Assembly (NCBI GenBank): GCA_012798235.1
Contig: JAAZNP010000004.1
Span: 2,171 to 66,170, forward strand
Length of the DNA stretch: 64,000 bases
DNA from: Parcubacteria group bacterium
GTDB lineage: Bacteria > Patescibacteriota > Minisyncoccia > UBA6257
Reading direction: 5' to 3'
The translations under genes and the position numbers were made by a program. Positions 39,018 to 49,114 of this stretch are shown one piece after another. Numbering within the stretch: position 1 is the first letter of the stretch; every line of letters begins with the position of its first letter. Under the pieces are notes generated by a model, which had not been told where the DNA came from, made no database searches, and saw nothing but the letters and a program-made list of their open reading frames with translations.

Positions 39018-41129
39018 ATGAATAAAAACTCACTTTTGCTTTTCCCTGCTTTAATGGTGGGTAGTGTCCTTTTACTTGTTACTGCTTTCTCTTTTTTAAC
39101 AGCAAACCCTTCAACATTAACAGCTTCGATAAATCCACCACCTTCTCCATCTTGTCCTTTTGAAGAAGGATTTACTCCAGCTAATGTTTCTTTAACTTCG
39201 CCCTTAAATTTAAGACAAGAAGCCCTTTTATTAAAGGCTTTTTTAGTTAGAGTAGAAAATTGTCCTGATAGTTATTCTTTAAATACTTGTTTAGGTCTTT
39301 TCCAGGAATATTGCGTGGAGCAAGGTAAATGTTCTAACCATTATTCTTTTGAGAAACCCGCTGTTATTACTTCTGAGATTAAAACATTACTATGCTCCGA
39401 ATGGACTAAACGCTACATTCTGCTTTACCAAAGTTCTAATTGGTCCTATTTACAAAATCTATTCGCCTCTAAAAATACCACAGTTTCTGATTGGTTAAAA
39501 ACTAATTACTCTCAATATGTAAGTTGGAAACAAAGCGTTACTTCTGGAGGTACAACTAGCACTGGAACTGGCACTGGAACTGGCACTGGAACTGGCACTG
39601 GAGGTGGTACTGGCACTGGAGGTGGTACTAGCACTGGAACTGGAGGCGGAGGTACCAGTGGAGGTAGCTCTGGTGGTACTATAACTACCTTTACTCCAGA
39701 GTCTTGTGCTGCTTATGGTCAAGCTATGGGAGTAGGAAATAGTTATTCTTGTCAGTTTGCAGAAAATTGTGGCAGCACTGAAGTTGCTGGCCCTTGCCCT
39801 ATTGGAGGAAAGATGTATTTTTGTTGTCTTACCCACCCTACTAAATGTTCGGATTTTGCCAAACAAGGTTATGCTTGTATTGCGCCTTATTCAGGAATTC
39901 GCGAAAATTGTCAACCTGGTACTCAATTACCAGGGGCGATGTGCAATGCAGAATATCAAGTGGTTTGCTGTAAACCTAAAACAGCAACTAAATGTGTGGC
40001 AGTTACTACTCTTAGTGGATACTGTGGAGGACAACCAAGATATAATAGGGATTGGAAATGTGAGCCAGCGGCACCAGGAGAAAATGATGATGGCTGTGAT
40101 GTAGATCTTATTAACCCTTGTCGAGTGAAATATGGTACTTATTCGGGAATTTGCGATCTCAATTATTGTGTACCTTCTTCTGAATGTAAGGGTTTAATTA
40201 ATAATTTATATGGTTGTCCTGATAGTACGAATGTCTGCTGTAATTATAAAACAGAAGAAATACCAGTAAATCAACTTAATATGTGCGATCATACTTGTGT
40301 TAAACCTTATCCCAATTCTCAATATCCAAATGATATTTGTGGTCCCAACTATTATCAAGTACTTGATAAGAAATGTAGTATAAGTGGTTATATTTGTTGC
40401 GCTCCTAAAAGTACAAATGCTGCTTGCGGTAATGGAATTTTAGAATCAGGCGAAGGATGTGATGATGGTAATACTATTAGTGGCGATGGATGCTCTGGTA
40501 CTTGCCAAATTGAAAATGTTACTCCTGTTTGTGGCAATGGAATTTTAGAGCAAGGCGAAGAATGTGATGATAATAATACTATTAGTGGTGATGGTTGTTC
40601 CTCTTCTTGCAAAAAAGAAAATAAGAGTTCTGCTATTTGCGGAAATGGAAAAGTAGAAGCAGGTGAAGATTGCGACGGTTCAGTTAATAAAACTTGTGCC
40701 GATTACGGATTCAATAGCGGTACGGTTAAGTGCACTAGTTGTAAATACGATATTTCAAATTGTCACAATACGCAGACTACCTGTTGGTATTTAGCATGTG
40801 CAAATGGTATCTGCGTAAGCAAAGAAACTACGGATTGCCCCCATGCTGATGAAGGTGGTTGTACCGGATTAGGTAGTTTATGTGGCCAAGATTATTGTAT
40901 TCAGCATGCTTCTCAAGGTTATGGTTGTAGTAATAATTGCCAACCAGATAGTGAAATCAATGCTATTGGGTGCGAACCACCGCTAAAGTGTTGTAAACCT
41001 GTGGCTTCATGTACCCCTAATTGCGACGATAAAGAATGCGGCGATGATGGTTGTGGTGGTTCTTGTGGTAGTTGTCCCCGCAGTACTCCTAATTGTATAA
41101 ACGGAAGATGCTCAGCGGCTTTTCAATAA
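39018..41129 (+). CDS. Large secreted cysteine-rich protein with a (TG)n low-complexity linker and three Myxococcus-type cysteine-rich repeats
   Basis: A signal peptide is present. The TGTGTGTGTGTGGGTGTGGG linker is encoded by the (ACTGGAACTGGC)n DNA repeat at 39561-39603. Three CGNGxxExGExCDDGNTISGDGCSxxC units span 40425-40650. About 90 Cys in total. Confidence 0.65.
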   Translation: MNKNSLLLFPALMVGSVLLLVTAFSFLTANPSTLTASINPPPSPSCPFEEGFTPANVSLTSPLNLRQEALLLKAFLVRVENCPDSYSLNTCLGLFQEYCVEQGKCSNHYSFEKPAVITSEIKTLLCSEWTKRYILLYQSSNWSYLQNLFASKNTTVSDWLKTNYSQYVSWKQSVTSGGTTSTGTGTGTGTGTGTGGGTGTGGGTSTGTGGGGTSGGSSGGTITTFTPESCAAYGQAMGVGNSYSCQFAENCGSTEVAGPCPIGGKMYFCCLTHPTKCSDFAKQGYACIAPYSGIRENCQPGTQLPGAMCNAEYQVVCCKPKTATKCVAVTTLSGYCGGQPRYNRDWKCEPAAPGENDDGCDVDLINPCRVKYGTYSGICDLNYCVPSSECKGLINNLYGCPDSTNVCCNYKTEEIPVNQLNMCDHTCVKPYPNSQYPNDICGPNYYQVLDKKCSISGYICCAPKSTNAACGNGILESGEGCDDGNTISGDGCSGTCQIENVTPVCGNGILEQGEECDDNNTISGDGCSSSCKKENKSSAICGNGKVEAGEDCDGSVNKTCADYGFNSGTVKCTSCKYDISNCHNTQTTCWYLACANGICVSKETTDCPHADEGGCTGLGSLCGQDYCIQHASQGYGCSNNCQPDSEINAIGCEPPLKCCKPVASCTPNCDDKECGDDGCGGSCGSCPRSTPNCINGRCSAAFQ

Positions 41130-41150
41130 AATTTTAATTAAATAAATACT

Positions 41151-41549
41151 ATGAAAAAAATTATTATTTTTCTCATTCTCTTCGTAATTTTAATAATTGG
41201 AGGAAGTGCTATTTATTGGTACATTAATAATCAAGCTAAATCAACTAAAATAAGCGGAACTTGTGGCGTAGATAAGCCAATAACATATTGCAGTGGCGAG
41301 AAAGTTTGTTATGGTTATTGTAATGATTGTGAATGCCGCGGTATTCAATGTATTAATGATAGTAATTGTCAGAAATTATATAAAGAAACATTCTCAGAAG
41401 GGATAAGGAATAGTCTTAAAGAATGCGGTAATAAAGAAGTAGTAACCTATTGTAGTAATAACAAACTCTGCAGTGCAGTTTGTAATATTTGCGGTTGTCA
41501 ATCAGTGACTTGTTATTCTGATTCTAATTGTGCTAGTAAACCTTTCTAA
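41151..41549 (+). CDS. Small secreted Cys-rich protein with an internal duplication
   Basis: Signal/TM anchor. YCSGEKVCYGYCNDCECRGIQCINDSNCQK is duplicated as YCSNNKLCSAVCNICGCQSVTCYSDSNCASK. Confidence 0.55.
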   Translation: MKKIIIFLILFVILIIGGSAIYWYINNQAKSTKISGTCGVDKPITYCSGEKVCYGYCNDCECRGIQCINDSNCQKLYKETFSEGIRNSLKECGNKEVVTYCSNNKLCSAVCNICGCQSVTCYSDSNCASKPF

Positions 41550-41580
41550 ATTAATATTTTTGAATACAATATTTTATTTT

Positions 41581-41604
41581 AAAACCGCTCTCATGGGCGG
41601 TTTT
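41581..41604 (+). terminator. Rho-independent terminator
   Basis: aaaaccgctctcatgggcggtttt. Confidence 0.6.
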
Positions 41605-41715
41605 AAAGTTGCGTTTTAGTGATTTTTGGTATAAAATATTTAAGCTTTATATACAAAAGTATTTTGTAATTTTTATAATTTTATATTATAAGTTTTTGTT
41701 CCTAAGTTGTATTAA

Positions 41716-41797
41716 GGAGGGGTGGCAGAATGGCAATGCGCCAGTCTTGAAAACTGGTGCCCGTAAGGGCTTGCAGGTTCGAATCCTGTCCCCTCCG
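41716..41797 (+). tRNA. tRNA-Ser (anticodon TGA), long variable arm
   Basis: The acceptor is GGAGGGG/CCCCTCC and the anticodon loop CTTGAAA. Confidence 0.65.
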
Positions 41798-41825
41798 CCT
41801 GTATTAGAATTTAGAATCTGGAATT

Positions 41826-43310
41826 ATGGAACAGGATATTCAACAAAAGAAAAATAATTTGATTTCTCGACCACCCATTGTGGTGGTTTTAGGTCATGTG
41901 GATCATGGAAAAACCAGCCTTTTGGATTATATTAGAAAAACCAAAGTGGCTGAAAAAGAAACTGGAGGAATCACTCAGCATATTGGCGCTTATGAAATAG
42001 AAGTCAAGGGTAAAAGAATCACTTTTCTTGATACACCTGGCCATGAGGCTTTTAGTAAGATTCGTTCTCGGGGAGCCAAAGTAGCTGATATTGCCTTATT
42101 AATTATTGCGGCTGATGAAGGTATCAAGCCTCAAACCAAAGAATCATTAGAATGTATTAAACAAGCCCAGATTCCTTTTATTGTTGTTTTAACAAAGATA
42201 GATAAAGAAGGAGCTAATCCTGATAAAGTAAAGAAAGATCTTACTGAATTAGGAGTGTATTTAGAAGGATGGGGTGGCGATATTTCTGTGGTTCAGGTTT
42301 CAGCAAGAACCGGCGAAGGAATTGACGATCTTTTAGATTTAATTTTATTAACTAGCGAAATAGAGGAATTAACTGGCAACCCTCAATTACCTGCCTCAGG
42401 AACGGTAATTGAATCGCATTTAGATAATCGCCGCGGCATCACTGCTACTTTAATTATTACTAACGGTACTTTAAAACTTCAAGATAAAATTATAGCTGGC
42501 CAAGCAAAAGGCAAGGTAAAAATTTTAGAAGATTTTCAAGGCCAACCCATAGAGCAAGCTACTTTTTCTTCTCCGGTAAGAGTTATTGGTTTTGAAGAGA
42601 TGCCACCAATTGGAGAAAAATTTATGGTTTATAGTGACGAAACAGAAATTGATAGCACAGAAAAGATTCAAACAATAATCAAAAAAGAATTAGGTGATTT
42701 AAATTCTTTAATTACTATTCCTACTATTATAAAAACCGATACTTTAAGTTCTTCAGAAGCCCTCGAGCCAATTCTTGATCAATTAGGCCAAGAACAATCC
42801 TGGAAATTTAGAATTTTAATTAATGATGTTGGTGATTTGTCAGAAAGTGATTTAAAAATTGTTCCCAAAGAACCTACTTTAATTATTACTTTTCGTGTGA
42901 AGCAAAAAGCAGAAATAGCTAACATCTTTCTCAGCAATCCCTATTTGAATTTAGTTAGTGGTGATATTATCTACGAACTCAAAGATAAAATCATTGCAAC
43001 GGTGAAAGATCAATTTATTAATAAGCCAACCGAAGAAATTATTGGAAGATTAGAAGTTTTAGCAATTTTCAATCCAATAAAAGGTAAACAATTAATCGGT
43101 GGTAGAGTGATTGAAGGGAGAGTGCAAAATAAGGTTCGATTGCGTATTTTTAGAAAAGACCAATTAATTGGAGAGGGGAAGATTATTAATCTTCAGAAAA
43201 ATCGTAGGGATGTTGATAGCGTGGAATTAAATGAAGAATGCGGCCTGCTGATTGATAGTAACATTAAAATTTCTCAGGGTGATTATCTTGAGTTTTTTCA
43301 AAAAATCTAA
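41826..43310 (+). CDS. infB: Translation initiation factor IF-2 (short form)
   Basis: G domain with [12 protein letters not shown] and DTPGHEAF, plus the C-terminal beta-barrel domains. Confidence 0.85.
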   Translation: MEQDIQQKKNNLISRPPIVVVLGHVDHGKTSLLDYIRKTKVAEKETGGITQHIGAYEIEVKGKRITFLDTPGHEAFSKIRSRGAKVADIALLIIAADEGIKPQTKESLECIKQAQIPFIVVLTKIDKEGANPDKVKKDLTELGVYLEGWGGDISVVQVSARTGEGIDDLLDLILLTSEIEELTGNPQLPASGTVIESHLDNRRGITATLIITNGTLKLQDKIIAGQAKGKVKILEDFQGQPIEQATFSSPVRVIGFEEMPPIGEKFMVYSDETEIDSTEKIQTIIKKELGDLNSLITIPTIIKTDTLSSSEALEPILDQLGQEQSWKFRILINDVGDLSESDLKIVPKEPTLIITFRVKQKAEIANIFLSNPYLNLVSGDIIYELKDKIIATVKDQFINKPTEEIIGRLEVLAIFNPIKGKQLIGGRVIEGRVQNKVRLRIFRKDQLIGEGKIINLQKNRRDVDSVELNEECGLLIDSNIKISQGDYLEFFQKI

Positions 43311-43331
43311 TACAATTAATTCAATAATTTA

Positions 43332-43404
43332 GGCTCGGTGGCGAAGTAGCTAACGCTGCGGTCTGCAAAACCGTTATTCGTGGGTGCAAATCCCACCCGG
43401 GCCT
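43332..43404 (+). tRNA. tRNA-Cys (anticodon GCA)
   Basis: The acceptor is GGCTCGG/CCGGGCC and the anticodon loop CTGCAAA. Confidence 0.65.
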
Positions 43405-43449
43405 CTTGAAAAATTCGAAAATTTTAGTAAGATATTTCTGTTATTGTTT

Positions 43450-43536
43450 GCCCAGGTGGCGGAATCGGTATACGCAAAGGACTTAAAATCCTTGGCTCTT
43501 CGGGGCTTGTGGGTTCGAGTCCCACCCTGGGCACCA
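43450..43536 (+). tRNA. tRNA-Leu (anticodon TAA) with encoded CCA
   Basis: The acceptor is GCCCAGG/CCTGGGC, the anticodon loop CTTAAAA and the variable arm GCTCTTCGGGGCT. The 3' end reads ACCA. Confidence 0.7.
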
Positions 43537-43563
43537 AAATTATTAATAAAATTTGATAAAATT

Positions 43564-44847
43564 ATGAAACCCATAGTTAATTTTATAAAACAACATAAAA
43601 CTTCTTTATTAATAAGCGTTTGTGTTTCTTTGCTAACCATTTTGTTTTGTGTATTAATAGCAGGAGGCATTTTCTTGTTTAATAAAAATTTAATTGTTAA
43701 AGTTGCTGACTTTGTAATTAATAATTCTTCCATTAAGTTTAATGCTTCTTCTCAAAAACCATCTTATGAAATTTTGCCTGAAGAAGCGCGAATTGTTAAT
43801 ATCGTAGAAAAAACAAACCCGGCAGTCGTGTCCATTATTATTAGTAAAAATGTCCCTATTATTGAAAAATATTATCAGCAATTTAATCCTTTTGGAGATG
43901 ATTTTTGGAGTCAATTTTTTGGAAATGAATTTAATTTTGAAATTCCGCAATATCGTCAAAAAGGCACAGAGAAAAAAGAAATTGGTGGCGGTTCTGGTTT
44001 TTTGATTTCTGCTGATGGTTTGATTATTACCAATAAGCATGTAGTTAACGACAAGGATGCTGAATATACAGTTTTAACTAATGATGGTAAAAAATATGAT
44101 GCTCAGATAATTGCTAAAGATTCCTTTCTCGATATCGCTATTTTAAAAATAAAGGGCAATAATTTTACTTATTTAGATTTGGGCGACTCTGATGAACTAA
44201 AATTAGGGCAAACAGTAATTGCGATTGGCAATGCCTTAGGTGAATTTAGAAATTCCGTGTCTGTAGGAGTTATTTCTGGTCTTTCTCGGACGATTACTGC
44301 TAGCGATTCTCAAGGTAAAGTGGAATCTCTAGAAAAAGTTATTCAAACTGATGCTGCTATTAATCCGGGTAATTCGGGCGGACCATTATTAGATTTAAAT
44401 GGGGATGTTGTTGGGGTGAATGTTGCTATGGAAACAGCAGCAGAGAATATTGCTTTTGCTTTACCTATCAATATGGTTAAACCAATTATTGAATCCGTAA
44501 AAACTTATGGCGAAATTATTAGGCCTTATTTAGGGATTCGTTATTTAGCTATTGATGAAAATGTTAAGACAAAAAATAATTTATCAGTGAATTATGGCGT
44601 TTTAGTAGTAAGGGGCAACTCTCCTGATGAATTGGCAGTTATTCCTGGCTCTCCTGCTGATAAAGCTGGAATTCAAGAAAATGATATTATTTTAGAGATT
44701 GATGGCATTAAATTAACGACTGATAAATCATTAGCCAGTATTATTAATCAAAAAAAGGTAGGGGAGATAGTTAAATTAAAAATTCTGCATAAGGGGCAAG
44801 AAAAAACAATAGAAGTAAAGCTAGAAAAAGCCCCGTCAAATCTATAA
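43564..44847 (+). CDS. HtrA/DegP-family serine protease with a PDZ domain
   Basis: An N-terminal TM is followed by the trypsin-like domain with the His region TNKHVV, an Asp, and GNSGGPL, then a PDZ domain. The start is set at MKPIVNF. Confidence 0.8.
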   Translation: MKPIVNFIKQHKTSLLISVCVSLLTILFCVLIAGGIFLFNKNLIVKVADFVINNSSIKFNASSQKPSYEILPEEARIVNIVEKTNPAVVSIIISKNVPIIEKYYQQFNPFGDDFWSQFFGNEFNFEIPQYRQKGTEKKEIGGGSGFLISADGLIITNKHVVNDKDAEYTVLTNDGKKYDAQIIAKDSFLDIAILKIKGNNFTYLDLGDSDELKLGQTVIAIGNALGEFRNSVSVGVISGLSRTITASDSQGKVESLEKVIQTDAAINPGNSGGPLLDLNGDVVGVNVAMETAAENIAFALPINMVKPIIESVKTYGEIIRPYLGIRYLAIDENVKTKNNLSVNYGVLVVRGNSPDELAVIPGSPADKAGIQENDIILEIDGIKLTTDKSLASIINQKKVGEIVKLKILHKGQEKTIEVKLEKAPSNL

Positions 44848-44862
44848 TGATCTAATATAATA

Positions 44863-44890
44863 AAAAATCCCGCTTTAGCGGGATTTTTAA
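44863..44890. terminator. Bidirectional rho-independent terminator
   Basis: aaaaaatcccgctttagcgggattttta. Confidence 0.8.
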
Positions 44891-44900
44891 TTTGTTTAAT

Positions 44901-45437
44901 TTATTCTAAAATTTCCATTACTGTTTCTATTACTCCAAAACTTTGAGCTAATTCTCTCGTAGGCATCCAAATATCAACGTGGTCTGAGGAGAATCTTTGA
45001 TGCATTCTGTCTTCAACAATAAAAATTTTATCACCATATAGTTCTGGAAATCTAATTCTGGTGCCAAAAGCCAAAAAATTAGAAGCAACAATGCCGTCTT
45101 TGACTGTTTTTCCAGAAGCAGTAATAAAAGGCGTATCATCTGTTTGGTCAGGAGTCGAAGAATAGGCAGTAACAGTAACTTTTTTGGTCCAAACATTAGT
45201 TACTGGTGGATTATGCCCTACCAGAAAATCCTGGCTTAAAGAATAAGGAGAATTTTCTTCGGGATTAAAGGCAATATTGCTATTGCCATTAATTGTAGCG
45301 AGAGAACCTTCTACCAAGATACGAGAGAACTGGCTAAAAAAGGCACCTCCTATAATAATGGCTAAAAGGCTAATTTTGATGACGTAATTAAGCCAAAAAA
45401 TTGACAATGATGGTTTAATTCTTAGTATTTTATTCAT
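44901..45437 (-). CDS. 3D-domain (MltA/YuiC-like) cell-wall protein
   Basis: An N-terminal TM is followed by the C-terminal 3D domain, with conserved Asp residues. Confidence 0.65.
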   Translation of the reverse strand: MNKILRIKPSLSIFWLNYVIKISLLAIIIGGAFFSQFSRILVEGSLATINGNSNIAFNPEENSPYSLSQDFLVGHNPPVTNVWTKKVTVTAYSSTPDQTDDTPFITASGKTVKDGIVASNFLAFGTRIRFPELYGDKIFIVEDRMHQRFSSDHVDIWMPTRELAQSFGVIETVMEILE

Positions 45438-45840
45438 AATTTAAGATATTTGATCAGGCTAACAAAAAACTCCCTATTTGGGAGTTGTACTGCCTATTTT
45501 AGCATATTCATATTTTTTGTCAACCCCCACACCAAACAAGTTTAAAAATTATGACCTCAGGAAAGCATTACTTAGAATATTAAAGAATTAACTTATTTCT
45601 AGTAAGATTGAGCTTTTAAGGTTAAAATTCATAATTTTTCAAACAAGACGCCCAGAATTATCAAAAGGAATATTCTCTTCTCATTAAAGCTTTTGCTTTA
45701 TTAATTAATAAATCTTTTAGTTCCAGGGCGTCTTGAAACTTGTTCTGGCGTGGGGGTCAAGGGAAAAATGGTTTTTAAGAAAGATAACGATTTTCTTAGT
45801 TGCAAATTTAGCTTTTTTTAGTTAAACTGTTTTAATCTCA

Positions 45841-45929
45841 GGAGGGTTGGCTGAGCGGTCCAAAGCAACGGTTTGCTAAACCGTGACCGCCTAAAAAGCG
45901 GTCCGTGGGTTCGAATCCCACACCCTCCG
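45841..45929 (+). tRNA. tRNA-Ser (anticodon GCT), long variable arm
   Basis: The acceptor is GGAGGGT/ACCCTCC and the anticodon loop TTGCTAA. Confidence 0.65.
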
Positions 45930-46117
45930 CTATCCTTCGCTGTTCCACAGCTACGGAATAGCAAGCTAGCCTTCGCTAGAGTTTTATTAAGTAAGGTATT
46001 CCGAAGCCGTAAGACGAAGGATGTCCTCCGCAATGACCTCAGTTTAGGTGATTAAACAGACTGAGGTTTTCTATTGCGTCAAAGAATTAATTATGATAAA
46101 ATAAAGAAGATAAAATT

Positions 46118-46378
46118 ATGCTTAAATCATCGACCAAAGAAAAAATAATTAAAAAATTTGCGACCAAGAAATCGGACACTGGCTCGCCAGAAGTTCAGAT
46201 CGCTTTATTAACTAAAGAAATTGAAGAATTGGTAAAGCATTTAAAAAAACACCCTAAAGATTTTCATTCTCGTCGCGGTTTATTAGGTATGGTTTCTAAA
46301 AGAAGAAGGATATTGGCTTATCTAAAAGAAAAATCAATTCGCCGTTATAATAAAATTCAAAAAACTCTCAAATTGTAA
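46118..46378 (+). CDS. rpsO: 30S ribosomal protein S15
   Basis: [11 protein letters not shown]...[16 protein letters not shown]. Confidence 0.9.
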   Translation: MLKSSTKEKIIKKFATKKSDTGSPEVQIALLTKEIEELVKHLKKHPKDFHSRRGLLGMVSKRRRILAYLKEKSIRRYNKIQKTLKL

Positions 46379-46381
46379 TTT

Positions 46382-46933
46382 ATGGTAATAAGACATAAAA
46401 ACCAACGCGTAATTGTTTTAATCGATGTTCAAAATCTATATCATTCGGCTAAAAATCTTTACGGCGCCCGGGTTAATTTCAAAAATTTACTTTTAGAAGC
46501 AGTTAGCGGAAGAAATTTAATTAGAGCAATTGGCTATGTGGCCAAAGCTGATGAGCCTGGTGAGGCTTCTTTTTTTGACGCTTTGGAAAAAGCTGGTATT
46601 GAGACGAGGATTAAGGATTTGCAGGTTTATCCTGATGGTACCAAAAAAGGAGATTGGGATGTTGGTTTAGCTATTGATGCCATAAGATTAAGTTCTAAAG
46701 TAGATGTGGTTGTTTTAATTAGTGGTGATGGCGATTTTATTCCTTTAGTTGAATATTTAAGAGCTCAAGGCAATCAAGTAGAAATTATTGGCTTCGGAAG
46801 AACTACTTCCACCTTTTTAAAAGAAATAGCTGATGACTTTATTGATTTAGATTCGAAGCCAGATTATTTTTTGTTAAAAGGTGGCAACCGTAATTTAGTA
46901 AGTAAATTGCCCAAAATTATTAAAATAAAGTAA
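46382..46933 (+). CDS. NYN-domain (LabA/DUF88-like) putative RNase
   Basis: The PIN-like fold has acidic residues D15, D114 and D116 (IDVQN...ISGDGDF). Confidence 0.65.
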   Translation: MVIRHKNQRVIVLIDVQNLYHSAKNLYGARVNFKNLLLEAVSGRNLIRAIGYVAKADEPGEASFFDALEKAGIETRIKDLQVYPDGTKKGDWDVGLAIDAIRLSSKVDVVVLISGDGDFIPLVEYLRAQGNQVEIIGFGRTTSTFLKEIADDFIDLDSKPDYFLLKGGNRNLVSKLPKIIKIK

Positions 46934-46936
46934 GTT

Positions 46937-49054
46937 ATGCAAAAAAAGACTTTTCAATTATTGGTTAATAACAAACCGATTGAATTAGAATTTTCTAATT
47001 TAGCTGAATTAGCCAATGGTTCTGTGTTAGCTAAACTTAAAGAGACGGTTGTTTTGACTAACGTGGTAATGGGTAATTCTGACCGTCCTGATTTAGATTT
47101 TTTCCCCTTATTAGTTGATTACGAAGAGAAATATTATGCTGCTGGTAAAATATATGGCAGTCGTTTTGTGCGCCGCGAATCACGACCATCAGAAATAGCT
47201 ATTCTTTTAGCTAGATTAATTGATCGTACCATTAGGCCTTTATTCTCGCCTTTAATGCGCCGCGATGTTCAGGTAGTAACAACTTGTTTATCAATTGATG
47301 AAGAAAATGACCCTGATATTTTAAGCATTATTGCCACTTCAATGGCTTTAGGAGCCTCAGATATTCCTTGGCAAGGGCCTGTCTCAGCAGTGAGAATTGG
47401 TTGGTCAAAAGAAAAAGGTTTTTTGATTAATCCTACTTATGCCGAGCGCACAGATCTAGCTTTAGATATAATTGTTTCTGGCCCTGATGATCAAATTAAT
47501 ATGTTAGAAGGCGGCGCCCAGGAAGTACCTGAGGATATTGTTAATCAAGCTTTAGTAATTGCTCAAAAAGAAATTACTTCCTTAAACGACCAACAGAGAA
47601 AAATCATTCAAGAAATTGGCAAACCCAAGATTAATATTTTATTAAAAACCATTAATGAACAATTGCGGCAGGACGTTAAAACATATTTATCAGATAAATT
47701 AGAGCCAATTGTTTTTTCTCAAGATAAAAAAGAAAAAGACATTAATTTGGCCTTATTGAAACAAAATTTAACCGATTATTTAAAAGAAAAAAATTATTCT
47801 GAAGAACAATTAACCGATGTAGAGTATTTATTTAATGATGAAATTGATCAATTGGTTCACCAAAATGTTTTAAAATATGATAAGAGACCAGACGGAAGAA
47901 AGTTAAATGAAATTCGACCCTTGGAAGCAATGATTGATATTCTGCCTCGGACGCATGGCTCAGCCTTGTTTATGCGAGGCATTACCCATGCTTTATCAGT
48001 GGTAACATTGGGTTCTCCCGCGGATGTTTTAACCTTACAAGGAATGGAATTTTCTGGTGAAAAAAGATTTATGCATCATTATAATTTTCCTGGCTATTCT
48101 TCAGGTGAAGTTGCTCCTTTAAGAGGCCCAGGAAGAAGAGAAATTGGTCACGGCGCTTTAGGTGAAAAAGCTTTATTACCGATGATTCCCTCTAAAGAAG
48201 AATTTCCTTACACTATTAGAGTAGTTTCAGAAATTGTTTCTTCTAATGGCTCCACTTCCATGGCCGCTACTTGTGCTTCTTCTTTGGCATTAATGGCTGC
48301 TGGAGTGCCGATAAAAGAACATGTTGCTGGTATTGCGATGGGTTTAATGAGTGATGAACAAGGAAATTACAAAATTCTCACTGATATTCAAGGGCCCGAG
48401 GATCATTATGGAGATATGGATTTAAAAGTGGCTGGTACTAAAAATGGCATTACTGCTTTGCAAATGGATTTAAAAATCAAAGGCGTTACTCCGCAATTAT
48501 TAAAAGAAGAATTAGAGCAAGCCAAAGAAGCGCGCTTCAAGATTTTAGAAGTTATGAATAAAGTAATTGCCAAACCGCGTCAAGAATTATCGCCTTTCGC
48601 TCCCCGAATCTTTACTATTAAAATTAAACCCGAAAGAATTGGCGAATTAATTGGCCCGGGCGGCAAAGTTATTCAAGCAATCACTCAACAAACTGGAGCT
48701 AATATTGATATTGAAGAAGATGGTACAGTTTTTATTACCGCTGATAATAAAGAAATAGCAGAATTAACCATCAAAGAAATTCATAATGTTTTAAAAGATT
48801 TTAACGAAGGAGATATTATTACTGGGAAAATTACTCAGATTAAAGATTTTGGTGCTTTTGTTGATTTGGGGCATCGTAAAGAAGGCTTACTTCATATTTC
48901 TGAATTAGCGCCTTACCGAGTGAATAAAGTTGAAGATATTGTTCACCCCGGAGAAGAGGTTACTGTTAAAATTAAAAAAGTTGAATCTAACGGTAAAATT
49001 TCTCTTTCGCTTAAAGATGTGAAATCTTATAAAAAAGACAAAAAAAGAAATTAA
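46937..49054 (+). CDS. pnp: Polyribonucleotide nucleotidyltransferase
   Basis: Two RNase PH domains (FMRGITHAL) followed by KH and S1. 705 aa. Confidence 0.9.
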   Translation: MQKKTFQLLVNNKPIELEFSNLAELANGSVLAKLKETVVLTNVVMGNSDRPDLDFFPLLVDYEEKYYAAGKIYGSRFVRRESRPSEIAILLARLIDRTIRPLFSPLMRRDVQVVTTCLSIDEENDPDILSIIATSMALGASDIPWQGPVSAVRIGWSKEKGFLINPTYAERTDLALDIIVSGPDDQINMLEGGAQEVPEDIVNQALVIAQKEITSLNDQQRKIIQEIGKPKINILLKTINEQLRQDVKTYLSDKLEPIVFSQDKKEKDINLALLKQNLTDYLKEKNYSEEQLTDVEYLFNDEIDQLVHQNVLKYDKRPDGRKLNEIRPLEAMIDILPRTHGSALFMRGITHALSVVTLGSPADVLTLQGMEFSGEKRFMHHYNFPGYSSGEVAPLRGPGRREIGHGALGEKALLPMIPSKEEFPYTIRVVSEIVSSNGSTSMAATCASSLALMAAGVPIKEHVAGIAMGLMSDEQGNYKILTDIQGPEDHYGDMDLKVAGTKNGITALQMDLKIKGVTPQLLKEELEQAKEARFKILEVMNKVIAKPRQELSPFAPRIFTIKIKPERIGELIGPGGKVIQAITQQTGANIDIEEDGTVFITADNKEIAELTIKEIHNVLKDFNEGDIITGKITQIKDFGAFVDLGHRKEGLLHISELAPYRVNKVEDIVHPGEEVTVKIKKVESNGKISLSLKDVKSYKKDKKRN

Positions 49055-49114
49055 TATTTTTCTTGACATTTAAATTATGGTATAATTAATAAAAGAATAA
49101 TAAATTTTAAAAAT

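Noticed and set aside
41609-41857. Listed + ORF (82 aa) upstream of infB
   Set aside because: It overlaps tRNA-Ser(TGA) and its terminator-like spacer. The same holds for ORFs 43374..43733 (-), 52087..52290 (-) and 45818..46033 (-), all of which cover tRNA genes.
45931-46117. Possible S15 autoregulatory leader or tRNA-Ser trailer hairpin (cctcagtttaggtgattaaacagactgagg followed by a T-run)
   Set aside because: It could simply be the terminator of the tRNA-Ser transcript. I cannot distinguish a regulatory pseudoknot by eye, so it is left as unassigned spacer structure.
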